A DNA stretch of 64,000 nucleotides from Candidatus Woesearchaeota archaeon (lineage in GTDB: Archaea > Nanobdellota > Nanobdellia > SCGC-AAA011-G17 > JACPIM01). The notes below the pieces were generated by a model. The model made no database searches. It saw only the letters and a list, made by a program, of their open reading frames with translations, and had not been told where the DNA came from. The translations under genes and the position numbers were made by a program. This document shows, in pieces, positions 28,233-38,184 of the stretch. The first letter of the stretch is position 1. Every line of letters begins with the position of its first letter. The stretch covers positions 10,511 to 74,510 of the forward strand of contig CAYSNL010000001.1 in assembly GCA_964432435.1 (NCBI GenBank), written 5' to 3'.

Positions 28233-28718
28233 ATGATAAAGCACCTTAAAATAAATTATCAAATCAAAGCCCAAGAAGTTAAGCTAATAAATGAAGAAGG
28301 AGAATTCAAGGGGATACACCCAATACAGCAAGCCTTAAATATGGCTATGGCATCAGGTCTAGATTTAGTTGAAGTATCTCCAGGAACTTGTAAAATTTTA
28401 GACTATGGGAAATTCATATACGAACAAAAGAAAAAACAGACAAAGCAGAAATTGCAAGATACTTTAGAAATTAGATTGTCTCCCAATATAAATAATCATG
28501 ATGTAGAATATAAAATTAAGCATGCAAAAAGAATCCTATCCCGAGGAGACAAAATTAAACTAATTATAGTCTTTAAAGGCCGTCAAATGCAGCATACAGA
28601 TTTAGGAATTGGATTATTAAAAACTGTGACTGAAAGGCTTATAGACACAGCTATTTTAGCAGATAATCCAAAATTAGAAGGAAAATATCTAAGTGTTACA
28701 GTAGCCCCGAAAAAGTAA
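28233..28718 (+). CDS. infC: Translation initiation factor IF-3 homolog
   Basis: Full-length colinear similarity to bacterial IF3: IKAQEVKL (IRAQEVRL), GLDLVEVSP (GVDLVEISP), CKILDYGKFIYE (CRIMDYGKFLYE), FKGRQMQH (FRGREMAH), TVAPKK (VLAPKK). Confidence 0.85.
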   Translation: MIKHLKINYQIKAQEVKLINEEGEFKGIHPIQQALNMAMASGLDLVEVSPGTCKILDYGKFIYEQKKKQTKQKLQDTLEIRLSPNINNHDVEYKIKHAKRILSRGDKIKLIIVFKGRQMQHTDLGIGLLKTVTERLIDTAILADNPKLEGKYLSVTVAPKK

Positions 28719-28785
28719 ACAATAAGGAGATGACTGTTGGGCGCGTGATTTTTCAGTTTTATATTGCCTAAGATAGGAGATATAC

Positions 28786-29061
28786 ATGGACTTAATTTTA
28801 GAACAAAAAGAGCTGCTTAATGACAGATTTGCAAAGTTAGCTAAAGAATATATAAAAACAGATGCCGGGATATCTGAAGTTGAGTTTATGAACTTTGTCT
28901 ATAATTTTCTTACTGTAGAAAATATTTGTTTAGATGATAATGAAACAAGATCTTTCATGGCTGGGAATATGTGTTTCGGATTTTTTCTTGGACTGGCCTA
29001 TACAAGAAATTTTGGCCTTCCAGAATGGGCCGAAGATATACTAATAGAAAGGATAAAATGA
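28786..29061 (+). CDS. Hypothetical protein
   Basis: 91-aa ORF; stop TGA overlaps ATG of the next gene (ATGA). Confidence 0.45.
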   Translation: MDLILEQKELLNDRFAKLAKEYIKTDAGISEVEFMNFVYNFLTVENICLDDNETRSFMAGNMCFGFFLGLAYTRNFGLPEWAEDILIERIK

Positions 29062-29273
29062 GAAATCCAGCTAGAATTCCAATAGTATTAGGAAAATTAC
29101 AAATAGTCTGGGAAGTAATACCGGATTTACGTCTAATGCAGTTATTAACTAATATAGTAGGATACACTGGATGGAGGGACGACCCGTTTTATTTCGAAGA
29201 TAACAAATTGGAAGAAATGCTAGATGAATGTATAGAGAGAATAAATGAAAGCAAAAGAAGAAAAACGAAGTAA
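29057..29273 (+). CDS. Hypothetical small basic protein (start moved to internal ATG at 29057)
   Basis: Track ORF 28971-29273 overlaps the upstream gene by 90 nt. The ATG at 29057 gives a coupled ATGA junction. Confidence 0.4.
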
Positions 29274-29421
29274 AGCTGGCGATGAGTTAATTGAGGCAGA
29301 AAAAGATCTTAAGTGGAAATTAGGATTTGGAAAAAACCACTTTCTATATAAAATGCAACTCGCCAGAGTTAATGATTTAAGAAAAAGATTAGGGATGCCT
29401 GAAAAGACTTAAAACTTTCAA

Positions 29422-29760
29422 ATGGTAATAGCATCTTGTATTTCTACAGCACGTAAATATAGTAAGTCTTCAGAGGAAAATTATAAGATAACTGCATTCC
29501 TTGTTCGTAATGGTAAGCCATTTTCTATTGCTACAAATCTTGGATGGAAACATGCTGAGGCCAGGTGCATAGACCAGGCGTCCTCAGAAAAGATAAAGAA
29601 TTCTATAATGTATGTTATTAGAATCACAAAAGAAGGATTAGGAATAGCAAAGCCTTGCAAGAAATGCCAAGGTCTAATCAAAGACACTACAATAAAGAAA
29701 GTCTATTATACAACTAACGATAATACATTAGAAACGTGGGAGTTCCATGAAACTGATTGA
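29422..29760 (+). CDS. Small cytidine/deoxycytidylate deaminase-fold protein
   Basis: HAE (WKHAEARCI) and PCxxC (AKPCKKCQGLI) zinc-binding motifs of the CDA superfamily. Confidence 0.5.
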   Translation: MVIASCISTARKYSKSSEENYKITAFLVRNGKPFSIATNLGWKHAEARCIDQASSEKIKNSIMYVIRITKEGLGIAKPCKKCQGLIKDTTIKKVYYTTNDNTLETWEFHETD

Positions 29761-29912
29761 GCTAGTTAAAGAATCAAATTATTGCTATGTATGTTTAAAA
29801 AAAGTTCGTCGGTTCATAAGATATGAATACGATGTACTCCACTATACAGATATTTGCCAAGATTGTCTAAAAGAAGGGTTAGAATTAATTCATATGGAAG
29901 ATATATTGCAAA

Positions 29913-30134
29913 ATGATTAGAATGGCAGAAAAATGGATATATAAGCATCCAGAAATATGGTCTAAATACAAAGGGCTGTGGCTTGCAATTAACAGCTCTG
30001 GGCTTATAGCTAGTTCATTAAATTTTGATGAAGTTTTAAAAATAGCAAGACAAAAAAGCAAAATCCCATTCGTCTTTAAAATTCCGCAGGATTCGTCTAC
30101 AGGTAAAATTTTTTCACCAAAAATAGTAAAATGA
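29913..30134 (+). CDS. Hypothetical protein
   Basis: 73-aa ORF. Confidence 0.35.
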   Translation: MIRMAEKWIYKHPEIWSKYKGLWLAINSSGLIASSLNFDEVLKIARQKSKIPFVFKIPQDSSTGKIFSPKIVK

Positions 30135-30367
30135 TTAGGATAACAATTGAATTAGTTCCTCATGGATATGAAGCTAGAAAGGAAGTAATTGCTAAAGCCG
30201 AAATAGCAAATGATGGCACTGGAACTAACATCAGGGGAAATTATCGGTATAGACTATTTAAAAAAGCGCAGTAAAGTTTTTAGAGAAGGAGAAGTCAAAG
30301 ACTTTCCCAGAAAAAGCTTAGGTTCATGGGACTTATTACACAGAATTTTAAAAAATGCATTAGATAA

Positions 30368-30568
30368 ATGACTCATAAGTTCTGTGAAGCTATACAAGAT
30401 TTTATAGATGGTTATCTTTCTTTGTCAGTAAAACCAAATCAAGTATATTTATTATCAAAAGATTTTCCAGGATTCGGAATTCCTATTTCATATTGCCCAT
30501 TTTGCGGGGATAAGCTAATAGAAAATCCTACGTATAATACAGAACAGAAAGGATTGGCGCCAGCATAA
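30368..30568 (+). CDS. Hypothetical small protein with C-terminal CPFC motif
   Basis: 66-aa ORF; TAAATG junction with next gene. Confidence 0.35.
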   Translation: MTHKFCEAIQDFIDGYLSLSVKPNQVYLLSKDFPGFGIPISYCPFCGDKLIENPTYNTEQKGLAPA

Positions 30569-31048
30569 ATGCCTAACTTTATAGAAATGAATAGATGGGG
30601 AAAAGACCATTGGGGCACATTAGCTTATGCAGAGACTTGCTCTGTAGAAGGACAACATTTACATTTAGAAAGAATGAGATGTGATCCTACAAGACATCCA
30701 TTATTAGCTTCTTCAAGAATTACATATGGGGCAACAAAATACCCTACATATCTAAAAGATGAGGTTCTGCAATCAAATCATGATGATTGGGATTGTTTAT
30801 ATGATGCTGCATGTGAAGGACTTATTACTTTGCATGGTTTTCCAGAAGACTTTGTTATAAACATTGTCCCAGGAAAAAGAGGACAAATATTTCCAAATGT
30901 TAAAAGAAAGAAGAATTCTCTAGGATATGAATGGGGTGGAAAACCAGTAGTAAAATTTACGGAGTTGGGATTTAAAGTTATAGCAGAATTAAGGAAACAC
31001 AAAGCTAATGGTGGTTCATTTGGGACATTTGAATATCAGAAGATTTAA
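30569..31048 (+). CDS. Hypothetical protein
   Basis: 159-aa ORF immediately upstream of the SNF2 helicase gene (TAAATG junction). Confidence 0.45.
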   Translation: MPNFIEMNRWGKDHWGTLAYAETCSVEGQHLHLERMRCDPTRHPLLASSRITYGATKYPTYLKDEVLQSNHDDWDCLYDAACEGLITLHGFPEDFVINIVPGKRGQIFPNVKRKKNSLGYEWGGKPVVKFTELGFKVIAELRKHKANGGSFGTFEYQKI

Positions 31049-32644
31049 ATGATTTCAATCTCATATGAAAAGCCAAATTTTATTCTTTCATTCCCATACA
31101 ATGAAGAAGATTTACGCCTTGTAAGAAGCTTGTCTGTTAGAGAATGGGACAAGAAACAAAAAGTCTGGAAAGTCTATCATTTAGCAATTAAAAGTCTAGA
31201 AGAGCTTAATAATACGGTTTGGTCAAAAGAGGCTCTAGTTGCTAAAGAAACTATCAATAGAATTTTATCTAAATGTATAGACTTTCAATTTAAAAAAGGA
31301 GAAGCCAGAGGATTTTTACGCCCATACCAATCAGCAGGGATTTCTTATTTAGCCTTTGTTAATCGCGGTTTTCTGAATGATGAAATGGGGCTTGGGAAGA
31401 CAGTTCAAGTTATACAAACCTTATTAGACTTAGACTGCCGAAAATCCTTAATTCTATGTTCAGCCACGTTAAAACGCAACTGGGAGAATGAATTTCTAAA
31501 GCACTTTAATATTCAACCATTAGTAATTACTGGAAATGCAGAAGAACGAAAAGAATTATGGAATTCTGATAATAAATTTCTAATAGCTAATTATGATTTG
31601 TTAAATAGAGACTGGGGTATCATACCGAAAAAATGGGATGCAATAATATGTGATGAAGTGATGCATCTCAAAAATCATGCGGCCACTAGAACAAAATTAG
31701 CTAAAAAGCTAATCAGTAAAGTTAGGATCCCATTGTCTGGAACATTGTTTGAGAAAAATATCTTTGAATTTCATTCTGTCTTAGATTGGGCTATTCCTGG
31801 GTTACTTCCGCCTTTTTATAGATATAAATACAGATATTGTGTATTTGATTTCAATGGAAAAGTAATAGATTATAAGAAAGATAAGCTAACAGAGTTATAT
31901 ACATTAACTGCCCCATTCATTCTAAGGCGCACAAAAGACAAAGTATTAACGGAATTGCCTCCGAAGATTTACAATTATGTCCCATTAGATTTAGATGAAA
32001 TGCAAAAAGAGGCTTATAAAGCAATAGCATCAGAGTTTATAGAATGGCTTAGAAAACAAACTGGAACTAATTGGGGATTAAATGCCTTACAAAAAAGGAT
32101 CAAACTAAGACAGTTTGTAGAGTTTGCTGATATAATCAATCTAAAAGTTCCAAATCCAAAATTAGATTGGCTAGATGAAATGTATGAAGCAACTAATAAG
32201 ATGGTAGTATTTTCATTCTTTGATGAATCTATAAAACGTCTTCAAAAGCATTTTAATACTAAATACTATATTTCAGGAAGTGTAGATGCTGACAAAAGAG
32301 TTGGTATAATAGACGAATTCAATGCAGAAGAGAAAGCCATATTAGTTTCTACAGATGCTGGCAAATATGGAGTAAATATTACAGGGGCTGATACAATTGT
32401 GCATTTCGGTTCAGTTGATAATCCAGCGACAATGATGCAGAGAGAAGATCGTCTACATCGTTTCGGTCAAAAATCAATAGTAAATGTATATAATCCTTAT
32501 TACGTAGGGACAATAGACGAAGGCATGATGAAAAAATGGCAGAAAGAGAGAGACAATCTAAAGGAGTTTGAAGAAGGCACTGAACTGATGGCTAAAGTAA
32601 ATTTATCAAGGACTGATTTTGAAAGGATGATATATGGCAACTAA
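31049..32644 (+). CDS. SNF2-family DNA helicase/translocase
   Basis: Motif I LNDEMGLGKT, motif II DEVMHLKN, C-terminal helicase domain. Confidence 0.8.
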   Translation: MISISYEKPNFILSFPYNEEDLRLVRSLSVREWDKKQKVWKVYHLAIKSLEELNNTVWSKEALVAKETINRILSKCIDFQFKKGEARGFLRPYQSAGISYLAFVNRGFLNDEMGLGKTVQVIQTLLDLDCRKSLILCSATLKRNWENEFLKHFNIQPLVITGNAEERKELWNSDNKFLIANYDLLNRDWGIIPKKWDAIICDEVMHLKNHAATRTKLAKKLISKVRIPLSGTLFEKNIFEFHSVLDWAIPGLLPPFYRYKYRYCVFDFNGKVIDYKKDKLTELYTLTAPFILRRTKDKVLTELPPKIYNYVPLDLDEMQKEAYKAIASEFIEWLRKQTGTNWGLNALQKRIKLRQFVEFADIINLKVPNPKLDWLDEMYEATNKMVVFSFFDESIKRLQKHFNTKYYISGSVDADKRVGIIDEFNAEEKAILVSTDAGKYGVNITGADTIVHFGSVDNPATMMQREDRLHRFGQKSIVNVYNPYYVGTIDEGMMKKWQKERDNLKEFEEGTELMAKVNLSRTDFERMIYGN

Positions 32645-33242
32645 CAAAACACAGTTAATTAGTCTAGATATAGAAACAAGCACTAGTGATGTAAATACAG
32701 GAGTCTTGTTATCCATAGCAATGGTTAGTTTTAACACAGGAGATAGAATAGAAAAAAATATCAGGCATCGTTATTTGTCATTAACTCCTGAAGCGATGAG
32801 AGTTAACCAAATTGATACTTTGATGCTAGACTCTGATACAAGAGATCCCTTAGAACAAGCAGAGGAGCAGCTAATGTGGTGGTTGGATAGAAATACTAGC
32901 CCAGAGCTGTCATTGTCTAGACTACAGCCAATCCCTGTCGGAATGAATGTAGGGTCCTTTGATATGCAGTTTGTAAGGAAATATCTTCCACAAATTTCTA
33001 AAAAATTCGGATATAGAAGTCTTGATTTGAATGCGCTATTCTTTGCAGAAGCATTAAAGGAGAATGAGGACTTCACAAAACTAAAAACTAGATACTATGA
33101 ACCAGCTATGGAATTTGCATCAAAAGTTGTGCCACACTTAAAAAAGCACAACCCATTATTTGATTGTTATATAAATTGTAGTCTATTGTCTCAAGTAACG
33201 AAGGTTGTACCAAAATGGATGTCAGAAGTAAGCATAAAATAG
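32634..33242 (+). CDS. DEDD-type 3'-5' exonuclease-like protein
   Basis: Exo I-like motif LISLDIETS near N-terminus. Confidence 0.45.
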   Translation: MATNKTQLISLDIETSTSDVNTGVLLSIAMVSFNTGDRIEKNIRHRYLSLTPEAMRVNQIDTLMLDSDTRDPLEQAEEQLMWWLDRNTSPELSLSRLQPIPVGMNVGSFDMQFVRKYLPQISKKFGYRSLDLNALFFAEALKENEDFTKLKTRYYEPAMEFASKVVPHLKKHNPLFDCYINCSLLSQVTKVVPKWMSEVSIK

Positions 33243-33649
33243 AAGACTACAATGCTTTAGATTTGAAAGAATATTGGCGCAAGCAATATAATAAGAAACA
33301 TAAAGAAGATTATTCTACCCACGGATATGGTGGCACAGAATTAAAGAATCTAAAGCAATTACTACAAGATTATGATGTCTATACTATTTTACTTGCAATT
33401 CCAGCAGCCCTAGAAGAATGTAATTCAATAAATATTTTTTGCTCAGAAATTGAAAAATACATTACTAACTATGAGTTCCCAAAAGCAGTGTTTTATTGTC
33501 TCACAAAAGGAGATAAAGAAATACAGCATAAATTACAGGATTTATTAGTTTTAGAAGCAAAGTGGTTACCAACAGCAAATGATTTGAAAAGAAAAGGAAC
33601 TATTGCAAGTGAAATTTATGAATGGATAAATACTTTAAATTTGGACTGA
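33215..33649 (+). CDS. Hypothetical protein
   Basis: 144-aa ORF. Confidence 0.45.
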   Translation: MDVRSKHKIEDYNALDLKEYWRKQYNKKHKEDYSTHGYGGTELKNLKQLLQDYDVYTILLAIPAALEECNSINIFCSEIEKYITNYEFPKAVFYCLTKGDKEIQHKLQDLLVLEAKWLPTANDLKRKGTIASEIYEWINTLNLD

Positions 33650-33909
33650 TTAATGCCAACTAGAGTTTATAAATGCCCAAATGGTCACATCATGGAAGTT
33701 AAAGAAGACTGGACTAAGCAATTAGAAATATGTCTAGTTTGTAAACAATCTGTCAAACGTATTCCACAATCATTTACCTTTTTTATGGAGAAGAAATAGA
33801 ACATGTTTAAATGGAAAGCAAAATGAACAACTTGATAATTTGCAAATGCACTCACTATAAAGCCCATCATTACAATGCCTATGGGAACCTAAAAAGGTGC
33901 TTGTGAAAC

Positions 33910-34371
33910 TTGCACGGTAAAACGTGTGACTGCCCCCAGTTCCAAGAGGATGCTTCTACGCTGACCTTGCGAAGTGTCTTCGCCTCTGTCTCTACCGTTG
34001 AGGCACCATCAAAAACTAATCCACTTGCAGATAGAGTGAAATACTTAGAAGAACAGCTTATTATTGCGGATAAAGATACCGCTACTCTAAAGGCTTGGGT
34101 TACTGACTTGCAATCAATGGCTGATGTCTTAAAGAAGCATATAGAAGCCTGTCCCAAACATCCAATGAGTGACTTGACAAAAGAATTGTGTCAACTACGG
34201 AAGGCTGCCGAACAGGTCAGAGAAGAATACAACATGCTAGCGGGTTACGTTAGTAAGGCATGGGACATAATGGGTGGTGCAGGCGATTTTGATTCTATAT
34301 ACTCGGATGTCTACCTAGCATTGGAAAACGCTAATGCCTTCTTGAATAATCCCAAACAGGAGAACCAATGA
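33910..34371 (+). CDS. Hypothetical protein (5' end lies in a locally GC-rich island)
   Basis: 153-aa ORF; helical, coiled-coil-like C-terminal part. Confidence 0.4.
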   Translation: MHGKTCDCPQFQEDASTLTLRSVFASVSTVEAPSKTNPLADRVKYLEEQLIIADKDTATLKAWVTDLQSMADVLKKHIEACPKHPMSDLTKELCQLRKAAEQVREEYNMLAGYVSKAWDIMGGAGDFDSIYSDVYLALENANAFLNNPKQENQ

Positions 34372-34408
34372 TGTTAAGGTGGGCAGATCAGTTATCTAAA
34401 GGCGTTTA

Positions 34409-35629
34409 ATGGAGTCATATAACTATATAGAGTCAGGAATTGTCTTTTCATTAAAAGACAGAAGATCATTAGAGAAGTTTAAATACCAAAGTAAAGATTT
34501 CTCGGTTCACCAAAAAACAATAGATTTTGTATTAAACTATTCTGAAAATTATGAGAATTTTCCAACTGAAGCTCTATTATTAGAGAAATTTCCAGACCTT
34601 GATAAAAATGCCGTTGGATTAGACATAGAATATTGCCTCCAAGAATTTGACAAACAACTAATATTCCGGAAGACAGTAGAAGTAATAAATAGCAATAAAG
34701 ACCTATTAAAATCAGAGCCTAAAAATGCCATAAAGAAAATATTGTCCGGCCTGGAAGACGTAGAATTATCATTTGATGATGACATAGAGATATATGACAA
34801 TGGGGCACTCAGTAGGTTAGAAGACTATAATAAAAAGGTAGAATTACGGAATAAGGGACTAAAAACACTAGGCATTCCAACTAGCTTCAAAACAATAAAT
34901 AGAACTACAATCGGGTGGATGAAAGGAGATTTAGTTTCTATCTTTGCTAGGCCTGGCATTGGAAAAACTTTTTTATTGATTCATGCAGCAGCAGTGGCCT
35001 ATAAATTTGGGTTCAAGGTGTTGTTCATTTCTACAGAGATGTCCAAAGCTGCTATCAATGCTAGGATGGATGTAATGCTAGGGAAGATGTATGGATATGA
35101 CTTTTCACACACGTCAATTAGGAGAGGAGAAGGCTTAGATAAAGAAAAATACAAGGAATTCCTAACAAAGCTAAATTCAAAGCGTCTAATAGTTTTAGAT
35201 AGCATAGAAAGAAATGCTATAACATATAATGGGATAGCCTCAAAAGTTAGGAAATATAAACCAGACTTGCTAGTTCTAGATGGGATACAATTAATAGCTT
35301 CTGAAAAATCATCAAATGCTGTATGGGAAAAAATGTTTAACTTATTCTATGGCATAAAGACCCTATCATTATCATCACAAATAACTAGCATTGTTTCTAC
35401 TCAAGCGAATAGAAAAGCTGCTGATTTATTTGTACCGCCCAAAGTCGCAGAAGTAGCATTTGGAGACGCTTTAATACAAGCATCAGATTATGCTATGTCT
35501 CTATGCAGAGTCAGAAATGAACCCTTACAGCTATTAGTGCAATTTCAAAAATTTAGGGATGAGGCCTTTCCCGCCGATTATGTAACAATGCATTGGGACG
35601 TAGATAAAGGAGATATAAAAGAAATATAA
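34409..35629 (+). CDS. DnaB-like replicative DNA helicase
   Basis: Walker A ARPGIGKTFLLIHAA followed by FISTEMS, as in DnaB RecA-like domain. Confidence 0.8.
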   Translation: MESYNYIESGIVFSLKDRRSLEKFKYQSKDFSVHQKTIDFVLNYSENYENFPTEALLLEKFPDLDKNAVGLDIEYCLQEFDKQLIFRKTVEVINSNKDLLKSEPKNAIKKILSGLEDVELSFDDDIEIYDNGALSRLEDYNKKVELRNKGLKTLGIPTSFKTINRTTIGWMKGDLVSIFARPGIGKTFLLIHAAAVAYKFGFKVLFISTEMSKAAINARMDVMLGKMYGYDFSHTSIRRGEGLDKEKYKEFLTKLNSKRLIVLDSIERNAITYNGIASKVRKYKPDLLVLDGIQLIASEKSSNAVWEKMFNLFYGIKTLSLSSQITSIVSTQANRKAADLFVPPKVAEVAFGDALIQASDYAMSLCRVRNEPLQLLVQFQKFRDEAFPADYVTMHWDVDKGDIKEI

Positions 35630-35838
35630 TGCCATATCTTGAAATTCCATATGAATTAGCAGATGAAATAGCGGATTGGGCGGGTGTCTATGGGGGCCAT
35701 GATGAAATATGTAATCCTAGACAAAGAATACAAGATAAATGTAGAATCTGTTTTACTGAAGAATTAGTAGATAGAATTAAAAAAAGTGTGGAGAATGAAG
35801 AAAAATATTATGCAATGTATCTTAGACCTCCTATATAA
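35629..35838 (+). CDS. Hypothetical small protein
   Basis: 69-aa ORF coupled to the helicase gene. Confidence 0.4.
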   Translation: MPYLEIPYELADEIADWAGVYGGHDEICNPRQRIQDKCRICFTEELVDRIKKSVENEEKYYAMYLRPPI

Positions 35839-35846
35839 TACTACAT

Positions 35847-35921
35847 GGCGGGGTGGAGCAGCGGCAGCTCGTTGGGCTCATAACCCAAAGGTCGTTGGTT
35901 CGAATCCAACCCCCGTCTCCC
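35847..35921 (+). tRNA. tRNA-Met (anticodon CAU); anticodon stem has the three G-C pairs typical of initiator tRNA. A lysidine-type tRNA-Ile2 cannot be excluded
   Basis: Acceptor GGCGGGG/CCCCGTC. D-arm GAGC-AGCGGCA-GCTC. Anticodon arm TTGGG-CTCATAA-CCCAA. T-arm GTTGG-TTCGAAT-CCAAC. Confidence 0.75.
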
Positions 35922-36307
35922 AAGACAATAATTAAAACTTTAAGAGCATAAAGGAGATGTAAAATGGAAAAACAACGCAACAAAGAAGTCCGAATTTTAG
36001 ACGACAAAGAAGGTAGTGAGCTTTTCTATTCATGGATGAAAGAATTGACATTAGACCAGCAAAACTGTATAAGAATATTCCTAAGATCAAATGATTTTAA
36101 ACATGAGTAAAACATAGGATTAAAATGAAGAAACAAACAACACATCATATTCCTAATTCAATAAAAAAAGACTTACCAAATCCTAATTGCAAATGTGGTA
36201 AACCAATGCGGATTGTGATTCAACCAGGCCAACATATTCATCCATGTCCCGTTCATCCAGACAAAGCCGTGTATGGCTTAAATATAATTTATAGAAAACC
36301 ACTAAGA

Positions 36308-36385
36308 GCAGCAATAGCTCAATTAGGTAGAGCAGATGTCTTATATACATCCAGGCTGAAGGTTCAAATCCTTCTTGCTGCACCA
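36308..36385 (+). tRNA. tRNA-Ile (anticodon UAU, reads AUA), with encoded CCA
   Basis: Acceptor GCAGCAA/TTGCTGC. D-arm GCTC-AATTAGGTA-GAGC. Anticodon arm GATGT-CTTATAT-ACATC. T-arm GAAGG-TTCAAAT-CCTTC. Discriminator A then CCA. Confidence 0.7.
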
Positions 36386-36457
36386 GTTAAATTAACTATT
36401 GGAAAATGCCCCTAGAACCTCCTAGAATGAAATCTGCAGGGGTTCTTTAAAAGAGTT

Positions 36458-37342
36458 ATGGTAAACTACTTAGACTGGGTTAAAAAGATTGGAATTGATG
36501 GTCGTTTTAGTGGAAATGAATACATAGCCTGCTGCCCATTACACGGAGAGAAACATCCTAGCTTTAGTCTCAATTTACAAACAGGGTTGTGGAATTGTTT
36601 TTCTAATTGTGGTGGAGGGAATTTTGTCTCTTTAGTTCAAAAAGTATATGATGTTAGCTTATTAGAAGCAACTAAACTAATATCTGATGAGATGCCTGGA
36701 CAGATAAATTTCGACTTAGACATTGAAGAAGACAATACAAATTTAGTGCTTCCAGAGGTTAAATTCCCATTTGTTAGAAATAATTTTCCAAAATGGATAT
36801 TAGATAGAGGCTTTACCAAAGACATACTAACTAAATGGAAGTGTGGCTTTAATCCAGATAGTGGTTCATTTGTAATTTCAGTATATGATGAAAAGAAAAG
36901 ATTAGTTGGTTGGATATGCCGACAGCCTAATGGAAAAGAGCCAAAGTACATAAATTCTACGGGTCTAGAAAAATCAAAAATAGTTTTTGGCCTATATAAT
37001 ATTAAGCAGAGAAGAATAGTATGCGTAACAGAGGGGGCATTAAATACAATTTGGTTAAATCAACATGGTTTTTCTTCAGTGGCAATTTTAGGGGCAAGAC
37101 TATCAAGACGACAGGAGGAACTTTTATCAATAGCACCAATAACTGAACTAATTATTTGTTTAGACAATGATGAAGCAGGAAGAAAAGGAAGAGATGAAAT
37201 ATATGCCATAATGAAAAAATACTTTCAAATATCATTTATACAAATCCCAAATGAATACAATGATGTTCAAGACATTAAAGATCCAAAATTACTGACAAAC
37301 ATAATTAAAAACAGAACAATGTTCAAAGAAGGAGTTATTTAG
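36458..37342 (+). CDS. DnaG-like DNA primase (zinc finger + TOPRIM)
   Basis: CHC2-type zinc finger CCPLHGEKHPSFSLN near N-terminus. Confidence 0.75.
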   Translation: MVNYLDWVKKIGIDGRFSGNEYIACCPLHGEKHPSFSLNLQTGLWNCFSNCGGGNFVSLVQKVYDVSLLEATKLISDEMPGQINFDLDIEEDNTNLVLPEVKFPFVRNNFPKWILDRGFTKDILTKWKCGFNPDSGSFVISVYDEKKRLVGWICRQPNGKEPKYINSTGLEKSKIVFGLYNIKQRRIVCVTEGALNTIWLNQHGFSSVAILGARLSRRQEELLSIAPITELIICLDNDEAGRKGRDEIYAIMKKYFQISFIQIPNEYNDVQDIKDPKLLTNIIKNRTMFKEGVI

Positions 37343-38086
37343 ATGCCTGGAATTAACAGAATAAAGTCAGAAGCAGCAGACGAGAAATCACAACAATCTA
37401 GTTCAGAGCTCTGGCCAAAAGATGGAGATGAAGTATTTGGCCTAATAGTATCTGACGGGAATGATGATAATGACTTAAGATTTGATAAGTTCTATACCCA
37501 TTCTGTCCAAGGAAAAAGAGATGATGGCTCGAATCTTTGGAAGAATTCTCTCTGCCCTTCTAAAGAGGAAGAAGTATGTAAACTATGTGATAAGGATGTT
37601 AGACCAGCGAGAAAATTTGGGTTTTGGATGTATGTAAATTATATTTTACATAAAGAGAAGAAGAATGATTCCTGGGAAGCTGTGAAAAAGAGGGCCTCGG
37701 GAGAAGTACAATATAAAGAAGACATAAATGACTTTAGAGTATTTTCTCATGGGTTTGGGTCTAAAGACTATCTTTTCAATCAAGTTGTAGATATATTCAA
37801 TGAGTATGGTTCATTGAATAAATATGTTATTAGAATCAAAAGGACAGGTTCTGGTATGAAAGATACATCTTATGCTATAACCAGTACCACTAAAATATTT
37901 GAGCTGCCAAAAGAAATGCAGACTAAAGTGAAAGAATTGCCTGGGATTAGAGAATTCTTTAAAAAGCAATGGTCTCCTAGAGTTCAAACATCAGAAGACA
38001 ATAAAGATGCTAAATTATTAACTCAAGAAAATGATGAACTAGGTTTGGGAGATATAGATGAAGACCCTACAGAATCTTTGTTTTAA
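37343..38086 (+). CDS. Putative ssDNA-binding protein
   Basis: Acidic C-terminal tail ending in Phe (DELGLGDIDEDPTESLF), as in T7 gp2.5 and T4 gp32. Cys cluster CPSKEEEVCKLC. Position after primase. Confidence 0.45.
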   Translation: MPGINRIKSEAADEKSQQSSSELWPKDGDEVFGLIVSDGNDDNDLRFDKFYTHSVQGKRDDGSNLWKNSLCPSKEEEVCKLCDKDVRPARKFGFWMYVNYILHKEKKNDSWEAVKKRASGEVQYKEDINDFRVFSHGFGSKDYLFNQVVDIFNEYGSLNKYVIRIKRTGSGMKDTSYAITSTTKIFELPKEMQTKVKELPGIREFFKKQWSPRVQTSEDNKDAKLLTQENDELGLGDIDEDPTESLF

Positions 38087-38184
38087 ATTTTCTGAGTTAT
38101 AATCTAGTTCTTTAGTTCATTATTTTATAGTTTAATAGATGATTATAAGATAAGAATATTTATTTATAGTATAGTCCAAAGCAT

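Noticed and set aside
28971-29056. N-terminal 29 codons of track ORF 28971-29273
   Set aside because: They overlap the preceding gene out of frame. The internal ATG at 29057 gives a clean coupled start.
36125-36415. 96-aa ORF as a full protein-coding gene
   Set aside because: Its last ~35 codons are the tRNA-Ile(UAU) gene. At most the N-terminal Cys/His-rich part might be a short peptide, so it is reported as a finding, not a CDS.
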